From an uncultured bacterium (GTDB taxonomy: Bacteria > Poribacteria > WGA-4E > GCA-2687025): 64,000 nt of DNA. How positions within the stretch are numbered: position 1 is the first letter of the stretch; every line of letters starts with the position of its first letter. This document shows, piece after piece, positions 12,464 to 21,119 of the stretch. Under the pieces are notes generated by a model. It was not told the origin of the DNA and ran no database searches. It saw nothing but the letters and a program-made list of their open reading frames with translations. Both the position numbers and the translations under genes were made by a program. Location: assembly GCA_964473525.1 (NCBI GenBank), contig CAYYPK010000031.1, positions 7,820 to 71,819 on the forward strand, written 5' to 3'.

Positions 12464-14287
12464 CTACGCTTCGTCGGCCAGTCCGTAGCGCTTCAGCTTG
12501 CGGTACAACGTCGCGCGATTGATCCCTAGCGCCTGCGCTGTCTGCGTGACGTTGTCGCCGGTCGCCGCCAGGGCTGCCATGATCGCGCGTCGCTCCAGTT
12601 CGTCGAGCGCCACGATCTCCTCCGGCGAGGAGACGGCGTCCGCCGCCGCGGCGCTCATCCTGGGACGGTCGCCCAGAAGCGCCGCGGGCAGCGAGCCGGC
12701 GTCGATCGTCTCGGACTGCTCCAGCAGCACGGCGCGCTGGATGGCGTTCTCGAGCTCGCGCACGTTCCCCGGCCAGTCGTGGTCCACGAGCCGCTGCAGC
12801 GCCCCTGATGACACCGATCGAGCCGGTCTGTTGGACTGCTCGGCGTACTTCGCCAGGAAATACTCGACGAGCAGAGGCACATCCTCGCGTCGGTCACGCA
12901 GGGCGGGCACTCCCACCGGGAACGCCGCTATGCGGTAGAAGAGATCCTCGCGGAAGCGCCCCTCGGTCACTGCCGCGTCCAGATCCTGGTTCGTTGCCAC
13001 GATGACCCGGACATCTACGGGGATCGTGGCGGCCCCTCCGACTCGGCTGATTTCACGCTCTTGCAGCACGCGCAGCAGCTTGGTCTGTAGCTGCACGTCC
13101 ATCTCCCCAATCTCGTCGAGGAAGATCGTGCCGCCTTCCGCCTGCTCGAATCGACCGGCGCGCTTATCCGTGGCGCCGGTGAATGCGCCGCGTTCGTGGC
13201 CGAACAGCTCGCTCTCGATGAGCATGTCGGGAATCGCGGCCGCGTTCACCGCCACGAACGGCCCTTTGCTGCGGTTGCTTTGGTAGTGGATCGCCCGCGC
13301 GACGAGCTCCTTGCCAGTGCCGCTCTCTCCCTGAATGAGGACAGTGATGTCGCTGTCCTTCGCCTGCCGCATGAGCACGAACATCTCACGCATCGCTGGG
13401 CTCTGCCCTATGATGCTGTCGAAGGCGAGATCCTCCTGCAACACCGCGCGCAGACGGAGCACCTCGGCCTTCGCCTCCTCGATCTCCGCGTCCTTCGAGG
13501 CGTCCCGGTAGAGGACGAGTTGGCCAAGCACACTCTCGCCTTCACGAACCGGCGTCTTCGCGCGATACAGCAGTCGGCGCTCTGATCCGCGGAGCTCGAC
13601 CACATCCTCCAGGGTCGACGTTGGGTCCGCGAACACCTCGGCATCCGCCGTCGCGAACATCTCGGCTTCCTGGAAGTGTTTCTGGATGTGCGCGCGCACT
13701 TCCTGCGCGGTCCGCGGTTCGATCAGGAAGTCGTGCAACTCGAAGACGTCACGATAGGACCGGTTCGCGAACACGAGACGCTCGTCGGTGTCGTACATCG
13801 CTATCGCGTCGCCGGTGGAGTCCAGCACTGCTTCCAGCCGCCGCGTCACGTGCCGCAGATCCGTGTTGCTCTCGGCCAATCGGTTGTAGAGCAGGCGCAC
13901 TTGCAGGAGATTGCGCATGCGCACCGCCACTTCCGGGAAGTTGAGCGGCTTCGTGATGAAGTCCTTGGCGCCTAGCGAGAACGCCCTCAGACGGCTGTCA
14001 TCGTCGAACGCGGCCGTCATGACAAGCAAGGGCAGGTAGCCAGATTCCTCCTCACGCGAGAGGGCCTCAATGACCTGGAACCCGTCCATCTTGGGCATAC
14101 GCAGGTCGCAGAAGACGAGGTCCGGTTGCTGCTCCCGGTAGAGCGTCACCGCCTCCGTGGGGTCACTCGTCGTCCGTATGTTCTCGTACCCCTCCGCCGC
14201 GAGCCGGAACCGCAGCACCTCGACGATGCCAGGCTCATCATCGACAATCAGGATGCGCGCCCCGAGGAGGTCGTCAGGCGTCAGCAT
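12464..14287 (-). CDS. sigma-54-dependent response regulator (REC + PAS + AAA+ sigma-54 activator + Fis-type HTH)
   Basis: N-terminal receiver (…LIVDDEPG…DLRMPKMDG…). Central AAA+ domain with Walker A GESGTGKE and the GAFTGA motif. C-terminal HTH (…QALGINRATLYRKLKRYGL). Confidence 0.9.
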   Translation of the reverse strand: MLTPDDLLGARILIVDDEPGIVEVLRFRLAAEGYENIRTTSDPTEAVTLYREQQPDLVFCDLRMPKMDGFQVIEALSREEESGYLPLLVMTAAFDDDSRLRAFSLGAKDFITKPLNFPEVAVRMRNLLQVRLLYNRLAESNTDLRHVTRRLEAVLDSTGDAIAMYDTDERLVFANRSYRDVFELHDFLIEPRTAQEVRAHIQKHFQEAEMFATADAEVFADPTSTLEDVVELRGSERRLLYRAKTPVREGESVLGQLVLYRDASKDAEIEEAKAEVLRLRAVLQEDLAFDSIIGQSPAMREMFVLMRQAKDSDITVLIQGESGTGKELVARAIHYQSNRSKGPFVAVNAAAIPDMLIESELFGHERGAFTGATDKRAGRFEQAEGGTIFLDEIGEMDVQLQTKLLRVLQEREISRVGGAATIPVDVRVIVATNQDLDAAVTEGRFREDLFYRIAAFPVGVPALRDRREDVPLLVEYFLAKYAEQSNRPARSVSSGALQRLVDHDWPGNVRELENAIQRAVLLEQSETIDAGSLPAALLGDRPRMSAAAADAVSSPEEIVALDELERRAIMAALAATGDNVTQTAQALGINRATLYRKLKRYGLADEA

Positions 14288-14498
14288 GCGTGGCGTTCCC
14301 TACGAGTTGCGGATGATGGACCCGTGCAGTCTACGCATTCGCCTCCGTCAATGGAAGGCGTTTCACGTGCCAGTCCCTAGTTGCCTTGTCCACACCCGGG
14401 GCCACATGCTACTTTAGCTACCGACTGTGGAAGACTGAAAAAGGAAGAGCGCCTATGGTGGCGCAACCGCCCAGGGCGGTAAGGAAAGGGACGCATAC

Positions 14499-14789
14499 TT
14501 GTCGCTGACCAAAGAGCAAGTAGCTGAGATCATCGGCGAACACCGGCGAAGCGATACGGACACTGGAAGCGCCGAGGTACAGATCGCACTGCTGAACGCG
14601 CGCATTACCTACCTGACAGAGCATTTCCAGTCCAATCGACATGACCACCACTCGCGTCGTGGTCTGTACAAGCTCGTCGGACAGCAGCGTGGCATGTTGC
14701 GATACCTGTACAACAGCGATGTGGACAGGTACCGCGCGATTATCGCCAAGCTCGGCCTACGTGATCGCTTGTCCAGCCGCGCATCCTGA
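14499..14789 (+). CDS. rpsO: 30S ribosomal protein S15
   Basis: 96-aa product with the conserved S15 core (…DTGSAEVQIALLNARITYLTEHF…HDHHSRRGL…). TTG start at 14499 with an AAGGAAAGGG Shine-Dalgarno. Confidence 0.92.
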   Translation: MSLTKEQVAEIIGEHRRSDTDTGSAEVQIALLNARITYLTEHFQSNRHDHHSRRGLYKLVGQQRGMLRYLYNSDVDRYRAIIAKLGLRDRLSSRAS

Positions 14790-14849
14790 GCGATCCACTC
14801 CGCACTTCTGCACGACACCCGATTCATGCCCGAGAGTAGGCATGCCGCG

Positions 14850-14900
14850 GCCCAGACAGCGCCGCATGGTCGTCGTGCACGCCGCACGTTTGAAGGGGAA
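14850..14900 (+). promoter_or_regulatory. structured rpsO-pnp intergenic leader: three consecutive small hairpins, a candidate rpsO terminator and pnp autoregulatory/RNase III site
   Basis: Inverted repeats read directly from the sequence: catgcc-N8-ggcatg, gcggc-N9-gccgc and cgtgc-N5-gcacg, lying between the rpsO stop and the pnp TTG start. The functional assignment is by analogy to the E. coli pnp leader. Confidence 0.35.
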
Positions 14901-14905
14901 ACCCG

Positions 14906-17290
14906 TTGCATACAGTAGAGTTACAGGTCGGCGACGAGAATATCTCGATCCAGACCGGGAAAGTCGCCAAACAGGCCCACGGATCCGTCTGGATCCAGCG
15001 GGGCGGCACGGTCGTCCTCGCGACCGCCGTGTCCGACACCAGGGCGAAGCCCGAGCTTGACTTCGTCCCACTCACCGTCGATTTCCGTGAGCGATCTTAC
15101 GCCGTCGGCAAAGTGCCACAGATATACGGGCGACGTGAGCCGCGGCCGGGCACTGACGAAACGCTGACCGCTCGCCAGTTCGATCACAGCTTCCGCCCGC
15201 TCTTTCCGAAGTCCTATAGATGCGAGACCGTCGTCCAGGCGATGGTTGTGTCAGCGGACCTTGTGAACCCTGCGGAGGATCTCGCGTTCCTCGGCATCGC
15301 CACCGCGCTGGCAATCTCCGACATCCCGTTCGACGGCCCGGTAGGCGGCTGCACGGTTGCGCGCGTCGATGGTGAGTTGGTCGCATGGCCGACTTACGAG
15401 CAGATCGAGTCTTCGGACCTGCACTTCTTCGTGGCTGGCACGAAGGAAGCGGTGATGTCGCTCGAAGGCGCCGCTCACGAAGCGCCCGAAGAGGACGTCA
15501 TTCAGGCGATCACGTTCGCGCACGAGCAGATCGTGCGCATGGTCGAGTTGCAAGAGGGACTCGTTGGGGAGCTCGGCAAGGCGAAGCGCGAGTTCGACTC
15601 GCCCGAGATCGCTGACTCGGTGGAAGCGCGGGTTCGTGAACTCGCCGTGGATCGCATCCGGGAGTCCATCGGCATTGTCGACTCCACGGAGCGTGATGCG
15701 CATCTGAGAGCGTCCCGCGACGCCGTTCTCGCTGAACTCGGCGAGGAACACGCGGACGACGAGGACGACGCCAAGACGGTGTTCCGCTCCCTTGAGAAGG
15801 AGACCATGCGCCGTTCCATCCTAGACGATGGGAAGCGCTTGGACGGGCGCGGCATCCAAGACCTTCGCCCCATCGACAACGAGGTAAGCGTGTTGCCCAG
15901 AGCGCACGGGTCCTCGCTGTTCACGCGGGGCCAGACCCAGGCGCTCGCCGTGGCGACGCTCGGCACCGCGATGGACGCGAACACGATTCGCGGACTCAAG
16001 CCGGACGACAAGCGCACGTTCTTCCTGCACTACAACTTCCCAGGATTCAGCGTCGGCGAGGCGCGTCGGCCGATGGGGCCGGGTCGCCGTGAGATCGGGC
16101 ACGGAGCGCTCGCCGAGGCGGCTCTCCTGCCGGTGATCCCCTCGCAGGACGACTTCCCCTACACGATTCGCCTCGTGTCGGAGATCCTCGAATCCAGCGC
16201 CTCCTCCTCAATGGCAAGCGTGTGCGCGGGCAGTCTTGCCCTGATGGACGCGGGCGTGCCGATCAAGAAGCAGGTCGCGGGCGTCGGCGTCGGGCTCATC
16301 AAGGAAGGCGACAACGAGGTCGTCCTGACGGACATGATCGGCACCGAGGACTTCCTCGGCGACATGGACTTCAAGGTAGCCGGCACTTCCGACGGCATCA
16401 CCGCGATCCAGCTCGACATCAAGATCGCCGGCTTGTCCATCGACCTGATGCGTCGCGCGCTCGAACAGGCGCGTGAGGCGCGGATGCGCGTGCTGGACCT
16501 GATGAACGCCGCGTTGGAAGCCCCGCGCGAAGACCTGTCCGAGTTCGCGCCGCGCATCCACATGCTTCGCATCGACCCCGAGCGCATCGGCGAACTCATC
16601 GGGCCGGGCGGCAAGGTTATCCGCGGCATCCAGGACGAATACGGCGTCACGATCGCCGTCGAGGAAGACGGCTCCGTGCAGGTCGCCACGGCGAACGCGG
16701 AAGGCGCCACAGGCGCTATTGCGGAGATCGAGAGCATCTTCGCGGTCGCCGAGCCTGGACAGGAATACAAGGGCAAGGTTACGCGGATCGCGCCGTTCGG
16801 CGCCTTCGTCGAAGTCCTCAAGGGCCGCGACGGACTCATCCACATCTCGGATCTCGCGGACGGATTCGTCCGACGAGTCGAGGATTGCGTCAACATCGGT
16901 GACGAGGTCGCCGTTCGAGTAGTGAACGTCGACGACCGTGGACGCATTGATCTGGAACCCATCACCAAGTTCCCCGGCTCGCCCGAGGGCGAGGGCGGCG
17001 ACGACGAAGGTGGCGGCGGCGAACGACGAGGTGGCGGCGGTGAGCGCAGAGGACCTGGCGGCGGTGGCGGCGGCTACCGAGGCGGTGGTGGTGGCGACCG
17101 ACGCGGTGGCGGCGGAGATCGCCGTGGTGGCGGTGGCGACCGGCGTGGTGGCGGAGATCGCCGTGGCGGTGGCGACCGACGTGGTGGCGGAGATCGTCGT
17201 GGCGGCGGTGGCGACCGACGTGGTGGCGGCGGAGATCGCCGCGAGGGCGGCCGCAGCGATGCCCCGCGCGTCCCGAAGGGGCGTTTCTAA
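14906..17290 (+). CDS. pnp: polynucleotide phosphorylase (PNPase) with a C-terminal Gly/Arg/Asp-rich repeat tail
   Basis: 794-aa product with two RNase PH domains plus KH and S1 regions (…GGVGVGLIKEGDNEVVLTDMIGTEDFLGDMDFKVAGT…). TTG start. The last ~100 aa are GGDRR/GGGGDRR repeats. Confidence 0.95.
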   Translation: MHTVELQVGDENISIQTGKVAKQAHGSVWIQRGGTVVLATAVSDTRAKPELDFVPLTVDFRERSYAVGKVPQIYGRREPRPGTDETLTARQFDHSFRPLFPKSYRCETVVQAMVVSADLVNPAEDLAFLGIATALAISDIPFDGPVGGCTVARVDGELVAWPTYEQIESSDLHFFVAGTKEAVMSLEGAAHEAPEEDVIQAITFAHEQIVRMVELQEGLVGELGKAKREFDSPEIADSVEARVRELAVDRIRESIGIVDSTERDAHLRASRDAVLAELGEEHADDEDDAKTVFRSLEKETMRRSILDDGKRLDGRGIQDLRPIDNEVSVLPRAHGSSLFTRGQTQALAVATLGTAMDANTIRGLKPDDKRTFFLHYNFPGFSVGEARRPMGPGRREIGHGALAEAALLPVIPSQDDFPYTIRLVSEILESSASSSMASVCAGSLALMDAGVPIKKQVAGVGVGLIKEGDNEVVLTDMIGTEDFLGDMDFKVAGTSDGITAIQLDIKIAGLSIDLMRRALEQAREARMRVLDLMNAALEAPREDLSEFAPRIHMLRIDPERIGELIGPGGKVIRGIQDEYGVTIAVEEDGSVQVATANAEGATGAIAEIESIFAVAEPGQEYKGKVTRIAPFGAFVEVLKGRDGLIHISDLADGFVRRVEDCVNIGDEVAVRVVNVDDRGRIDLEPITKFPGSPEGEGGDDEGGGGERRGGGGERRGPGGGGGGYRGGGGGDRRGGGGDRRGGGGDRRGGGDRRGGGDRRGGGDRRGGGGDRRGGGGDRREGGRSDAPRVPKGRF
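16984..17266 (+). repeat. intragenic tandem repeat array of ~15-18-nt units (ggcggtggcgaccgacgtggtggc…) encoding (G)nDRR repeats in the PNPase C-terminus
   Basis: The direct nucleotide repeats are visible in the sequence. The translation is RGGGGDRRGGGGDRRGGGDRR…. Confidence 0.8.
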
Positions 17291-17311
17291 ACTCCGCGCC
17301 GAGCCGATGAC

Positions 17312-17821
17312 ATGGCGTTGAGATCGCACATAGCCGCATTCCGACTGACAGCCCTAGCGTTGCTGGCAACGCTAGGGCTGTCGGGATGCGGCTATCACTC
17401 TAAGTCCGCATATCTCGACCACATCTCGACCATCCGCATACCTCGCGTGCGCAACCAGACGACCATCTTCGAACTCGAAGAGGAGATGACGTCCGAACTC
17501 CAGCGGCAGTTCGGCGTTCAGTGGAACGACGGCAACGACTGTCGTTTGGATATCGCCATCTCCGACTACCGTATCGAGCCTCTCCGCTACGACGTGAACA
17601 ACCTGCCCGAGCAGTACCGCATGTCCCTGCGGACCACCTACGAATTCCACGACAACGTCGAGCGGCGCCTCATCGCGTCCGACGACGACTACGAGTTCTA
17701 CCGTGACTTCTACGTCGTGACAGGGCGCGGCGAAGCGCCCGAGGACGAACTCACCGCCCGCGCCAACCTCGTGGACGAACTCGTGCAGAGCCTCTACAAC
17801 AAGCTGGCGACGAGGTGGTAG
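17312..17821 (+). CDS. lptE: LPS-assembly lipoprotein LptE-like
   Basis: 169-aa product with a signal peptide and lipobox (LSGCGYHSKS, compare E. coli LptE …AGCGWHLRD). Size and the …QYRMSLRTTYEF… segment resemble LptE. Confidence 0.55.
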   Translation: MALRSHIAAFRLTALALLATLGLSGCGYHSKSAYLDHISTIRIPRVRNQTTIFELEEEMTSELQRQFGVQWNDGNDCRLDIAISDYRIEPLRYDVNNLPEQYRMSLRTTYEFHDNVERRLIASDDDYEFYRDFYVVTGRGEAPEDELTARANLVDELVQSLYNKLATRW

Positions 17822-18816
17822 GCATGCGTGGTTCGCGCGCGTGGGCGCCTCTCCACGTTGCATCGTTGGCGCTCCTAGGCGGCCTGTTGCTCGCCGGATG
17901 CGGCGACGGCCCGCCGACCACGTGGTACGCGCGTGAGGGCGCCGTTGTCGTCGGCGTGTTCGACTGCCCGCGCGACGCGCTGGCGAAGGGCCTCCTGACC
18001 GAGTGGTTGGCCGCCCCAACCCCGCCAGACGCCCCACTCCCCTCCGCGGCTCAAGCCACGGACACCGCGACGCTGCTCCCTGTCTCGGACGTCGTGGGAA
18101 GGTGGCGCGTCGTCGCCGGGCCCAATATCCTCTCCGGCGCCCCGTTGGCGGTATCCCTGGGCGCCTCGGCCGATCAGTTCGCGGCGTTCGGCGTGCGCGC
18201 GTCCGCGTGGGCGGAGTACGGCAATCCCGCGCTGGGTGGTCGCGCGATGCTTCGAATCGATATGTTCGATACGGGTTCTCCCGAGAACGCATATGGGCTC
18301 TACTCGCAGCGGCGAGTGCCGCAGGGCGACATCAAGGGCATCGGCGCCCAGGCGTACGTTGGCGCCCGCGACGTCTGGGCGTGGGTGGACCGATTCGTCT
18401 ACACGGTGACGATCTACAACTACTCGACGGACACGTCCGAGGCGCTCATCGCCTTCGCCGAGCGCGTCGGCCGGCGGATCGTGGGTGTGGAGTCGCCGCC
18501 GTCACTCGTCACGGACTTGCCGGCTGGCCGTCTGATGCGCTTTAGCCACCGTTGGTTCCGCACGGAGGCGCAGCGGGATACGGCCGCCGGTCACGCCGGA
18601 CTGCATGCGTTCGCGCTTTCTGAGGGGTCGCGTGGGTTCGTCGCGAAGCTGGCGGTCGACGAGCGACGGCACGCGGATGCGTTCTATGTCGCGTTCCCGT
18701 CGGAGGGCGACGCCGTCAGCGCGATGCATGCTCTCCGCGCCTCCGCGGTCGCTGGAGCGGACATCCGTGACGCGAGGATCGGCACGGAATCCGTGCGTAT
18801 CCGGCCCAGCCAGTAG
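17815..18816 (+). CDS. putative lipoprotein, function unknown
   Basis: 333-aa ORF with signal peptide and lipobox (LLLAGCGDG). It overlaps the lptE stop by 7 nt, or begins 2 nt after it if ATG 17824 is the start. Confidence 0.4.
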   Translation: MVGMRGSRAWAPLHVASLALLGGLLLAGCGDGPPTTWYAREGAVVVGVFDCPRDALAKGLLTEWLAAPTPPDAPLPSAAQATDTATLLPVSDVVGRWRVVAGPNILSGAPLAVSLGASADQFAAFGVRASAWAEYGNPALGGRAMLRIDMFDTGSPENAYGLYSQRRVPQGDIKGIGAQAYVGARDVWAWVDRFVYTVTIYNYSTDTSEALIAFAERVGRRIVGVESPPSLVTDLPAGRLMRFSHRWFRTEAQRDTAAGHAGLHAFALSEGSRGFVAKLAVDERRHADAFYVAFPSEGDAVSAMHALRASAVAGADIRDARIGTESVRIRPSQ

Positions 18817-18881
18817 CGGCGCCGAACTTGCGCCTGGTGGGTGTTGTCTGATCGGCGGCACGTAGGCAAGCAAGGAGCTGT

Positions 18882-19841
18882 ATGATGCGAGCGGCGAACC
18901 ACCGGCGCGCTGGCCCCCTCGCCGTTGCCCTGGCGGCCCTGGCGTGGGGTTGCGGCGGCGGCGGGGACACGTGGCTGTTGGGCGATGTCTCGACGACTCA
19001 CCACCTGATGGACGCGGCGTTCTCCAGCGATCGGCTCGGTTGGGTTGTTGGTGACGAGGACACGATCCTTCACACGTCCGACGGAGGCGTGACTTGGTCC
19101 CCGCAGCGGACGGCCAAGCCTGGACACACTCCCCGCATTCTCAACGTAGTCACCTTCGTCGACGACTCCATCGGCTGGGCAGGCGGCTCGCTCGGGGTGC
19201 TCTACGTGACGAGTGACGGGGGCGCCAATTGGCGACCACAGGCCACGGGCGTGAAGGAAGGGATCATTGACCTCCACTTCCTGGACCGCGCCGAGGGCTG
19301 GGCGGTCGGTGGACGCGGCATCATCCTGCACACGACCAACGGCGGCGGCGCGTGGGAGACTCAACACAGTAACGACGATCACCTCTGGGCCATCCACTTC
19401 GTGGATGCCACGCACGGGTGGGCTGGCGGTGACGCCGCGCGTCTGCTCATCACGAACGACGCGGGCGCCCGATGGTCGCCCGTTGAACTCCCCATCGAGT
19501 CCAGCGTATACGATGTCCATTTCGTGGACACTCGACGTGGTTGGCTGGTCTCCCTGGATGGCGCCATCATGCGGTCGACGAACGGAGGACTGACGTGGTC
19601 CAGGCAGGACAGCCCCACCCGTCAGACACTCCGCGCGGTCGAGTTCGTAGATGAGATGAACGGTTGGATCGCCGGCGAGGCGGGCGCCGTGCTGCGCACG
19701 ACCGACGGTGGCGATACGTGGAGCGTGCTGGACTACCCGAACCCGACTGGAGCCCTCCGCCTCCCGAACCTGCTCGGCGCCGGACGGGTCGGCTCGAGGA
19801 TGTGCTTCGTTGGCGAAAACGGAACGGTGGTCATTCGATGA
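18882..19841 (+). CDS. BNR/Asp-box repeat lipoprotein (Ycf48/sialidase-like beta-propeller)
   Basis: Repeated SxDGGxTW-type BNR motifs (TSDGGVTWS, TSDGGANWR, TTNGGGAWE, TNDAGARWS, STNGGLTWS, TTDGGDTWS). Lipobox LAWGCGG, and an AAGGAG Shine-Dalgarno. Confidence 0.65.
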   Translation: MMRAANHRRAGPLAVALAALAWGCGGGGDTWLLGDVSTTHHLMDAAFSSDRLGWVVGDEDTILHTSDGGVTWSPQRTAKPGHTPRILNVVTFVDDSIGWAGGSLGVLYVTSDGGANWRPQATGVKEGIIDLHFLDRAEGWAVGGRGIILHTTNGGGAWETQHSNDDHLWAIHFVDATHGWAGGDAARLLITNDAGARWSPVELPIESSVYDVHFVDTRRGWLVSLDGAIMRSTNGGLTWSRQDSPTRQTLRAVEFVDEMNGWIAGEAGAVLRTTDGGDTWSVLDYPNPTGALRLPNLLGAGRVGSRMCFVGENGTVVIR

Positions 19842-20896
19842 TGGACCGCAGAGCGTTTCTCAAGGCCGGGACTCTTGGCGTGGTAACGGCGGCCGAATGG
19901 CTGGCGCGGCCAGCCGGAGCGCGCGCGCAGCTACCGGTTGCGACCAACCTCCCGGATCCCCGGGTGGTCGAGGTGTCCGGCCCAACCGTACAGCGCGAGG
20001 ATCTCGTTGATGGCGCTGTGCTACGCCGCATGCTTGATGAGGGTATGCAGTCGCTGATGCGCACGCGTGACGCCGACGGCGCGTGGCGGCGGCTCGTCGC
20101 GGCCAACGACGTCATCGGCATCAAGGTGGACACGGACGTGCCGGGTCTCTCCACGCACCATCAGTTGGTAGACGAGGTCGTCCGGCGGGTGGTAATGGCT
20201 GGCGTGACGCCCGAGAACGTCATCGTGTGGGACCGGTTCAGCGAGAACCTCGACGCTTGGGGATACACCCTCAAGCCTCTCCCCGAGCTGGGTTTCCCTG
20301 ACCCACGTGGAAAGATACTCGCGTCCGAAGGCGTCCAGGGACAGATTCGGCGCGTGGGCTACGACCCGGAGCAGTTCCTGGACTCCGAGGTCGATCTGCC
20401 CGCTCGCAGGGAGAACGGGAGCACGGCGTCGCTCTTCACGCGCATCCTTACCCAGCTGGTGACGCAGGTCATCTCCGTGCCCGTCCTGCGGTACCACCCC
20501 GTGACCGGGATTGAAGGGGCGCTGGCGTCGCTGGCGTTGGGTTCCGCCAGCAACACGTTCCGATTCCACCCCACGAGCCCGGATGGCATGCATGCCGTCG
20601 CGGACATGTGGAAGGACTCGGTGCTGCAGGACAAGCACGCCCTAACGATCGTGGACGGCCTCACGGGCGCGTTCGACGCCGGGCCTGGCTACGATCCAGC
20701 GTTCCAGTGGAAGGCCAACCGCCTCTTCCTCAGCCGTGATCCGGTCGCCCTGGACGCTGTCGCCCTGGCGGAGATCAACGATCAGCGCGATCGTCCCGTC
20801 ACGAAGCAGACGACGTACATCCGCCGCGCTGCCTCCCTGTCTATTGGCACCTCCGACGAGGACGAGATCGAGCACGAGACCATTGAGGTCAACTGA
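19838..20896 (+). CDS. Tat-signal DUF362-family protein
   Basis: The start overlaps the upstream stop in an ATGA. The twin-arginine motif MDRRAFLKAG is present. The remainder resembles the DUF362 family (assignment from memory, unverified). Confidence 0.5.
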   Translation: MMDRRAFLKAGTLGVVTAAEWLARPAGARAQLPVATNLPDPRVVEVSGPTVQREDLVDGAVLRRMLDEGMQSLMRTRDADGAWRRLVAANDVIGIKVDTDVPGLSTHHQLVDEVVRRVVMAGVTPENVIVWDRFSENLDAWGYTLKPLPELGFPDPRGKILASEGVQGQIRRVGYDPEQFLDSEVDLPARRENGSTASLFTRILTQLVTQVISVPVLRYHPVTGIEGALASLALGSASNTFRFHPTSPDGMHAVADMWKDSVLQDKHALTIVDGLTGAFDAGPGYDPAFQWKANRLFLSRDPVALDAVALAEINDQRDRPVTKQTTYIRRAASLSIGTSDEDEIEHETIEVN

Positions 20897-21119
20897 CGAC
20901 ACGAGCTCGCCCGAGGCCGCGCGGTGTTGCTCTTGAGGCCGCCCAGCGACACAATCCGCGTGGTCGACAATCGTCCTGACCAGGCCCCGCACCGAGTGTG
21001 ATCCTGGGTCTGACTGACCTGCGGACGTCTTGGCGGAGGCCGACCGACGCGGCGAAGCAAGTCATACCGCGCCACGGGCTCGGACCGATCGACGCCCGCC
21101 ATAGCTGAGGAAGAGTCTG

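Noticed and set aside
16208-17329. 373-aa ORF antisense to the 3' end of pnp, with a repeat-rich translation
   Set aside because: It is the reverse-frame reading of the PNPase GGDRR repeat region and S1 domain. There is no start context and the Ala/Thr-rich repeats are antisense artefacts. Comparable long antisense ORFs (for example 1543..2661, 3293..3847, 4079..4843, 9360..10136, 10308..11327, 24957..26219, 33739..34587, 34693..35646, 48651..49649, 51240..52346 and 55900..56823) are rejected for the same reason: high GC suppresses stop codons on all frames.
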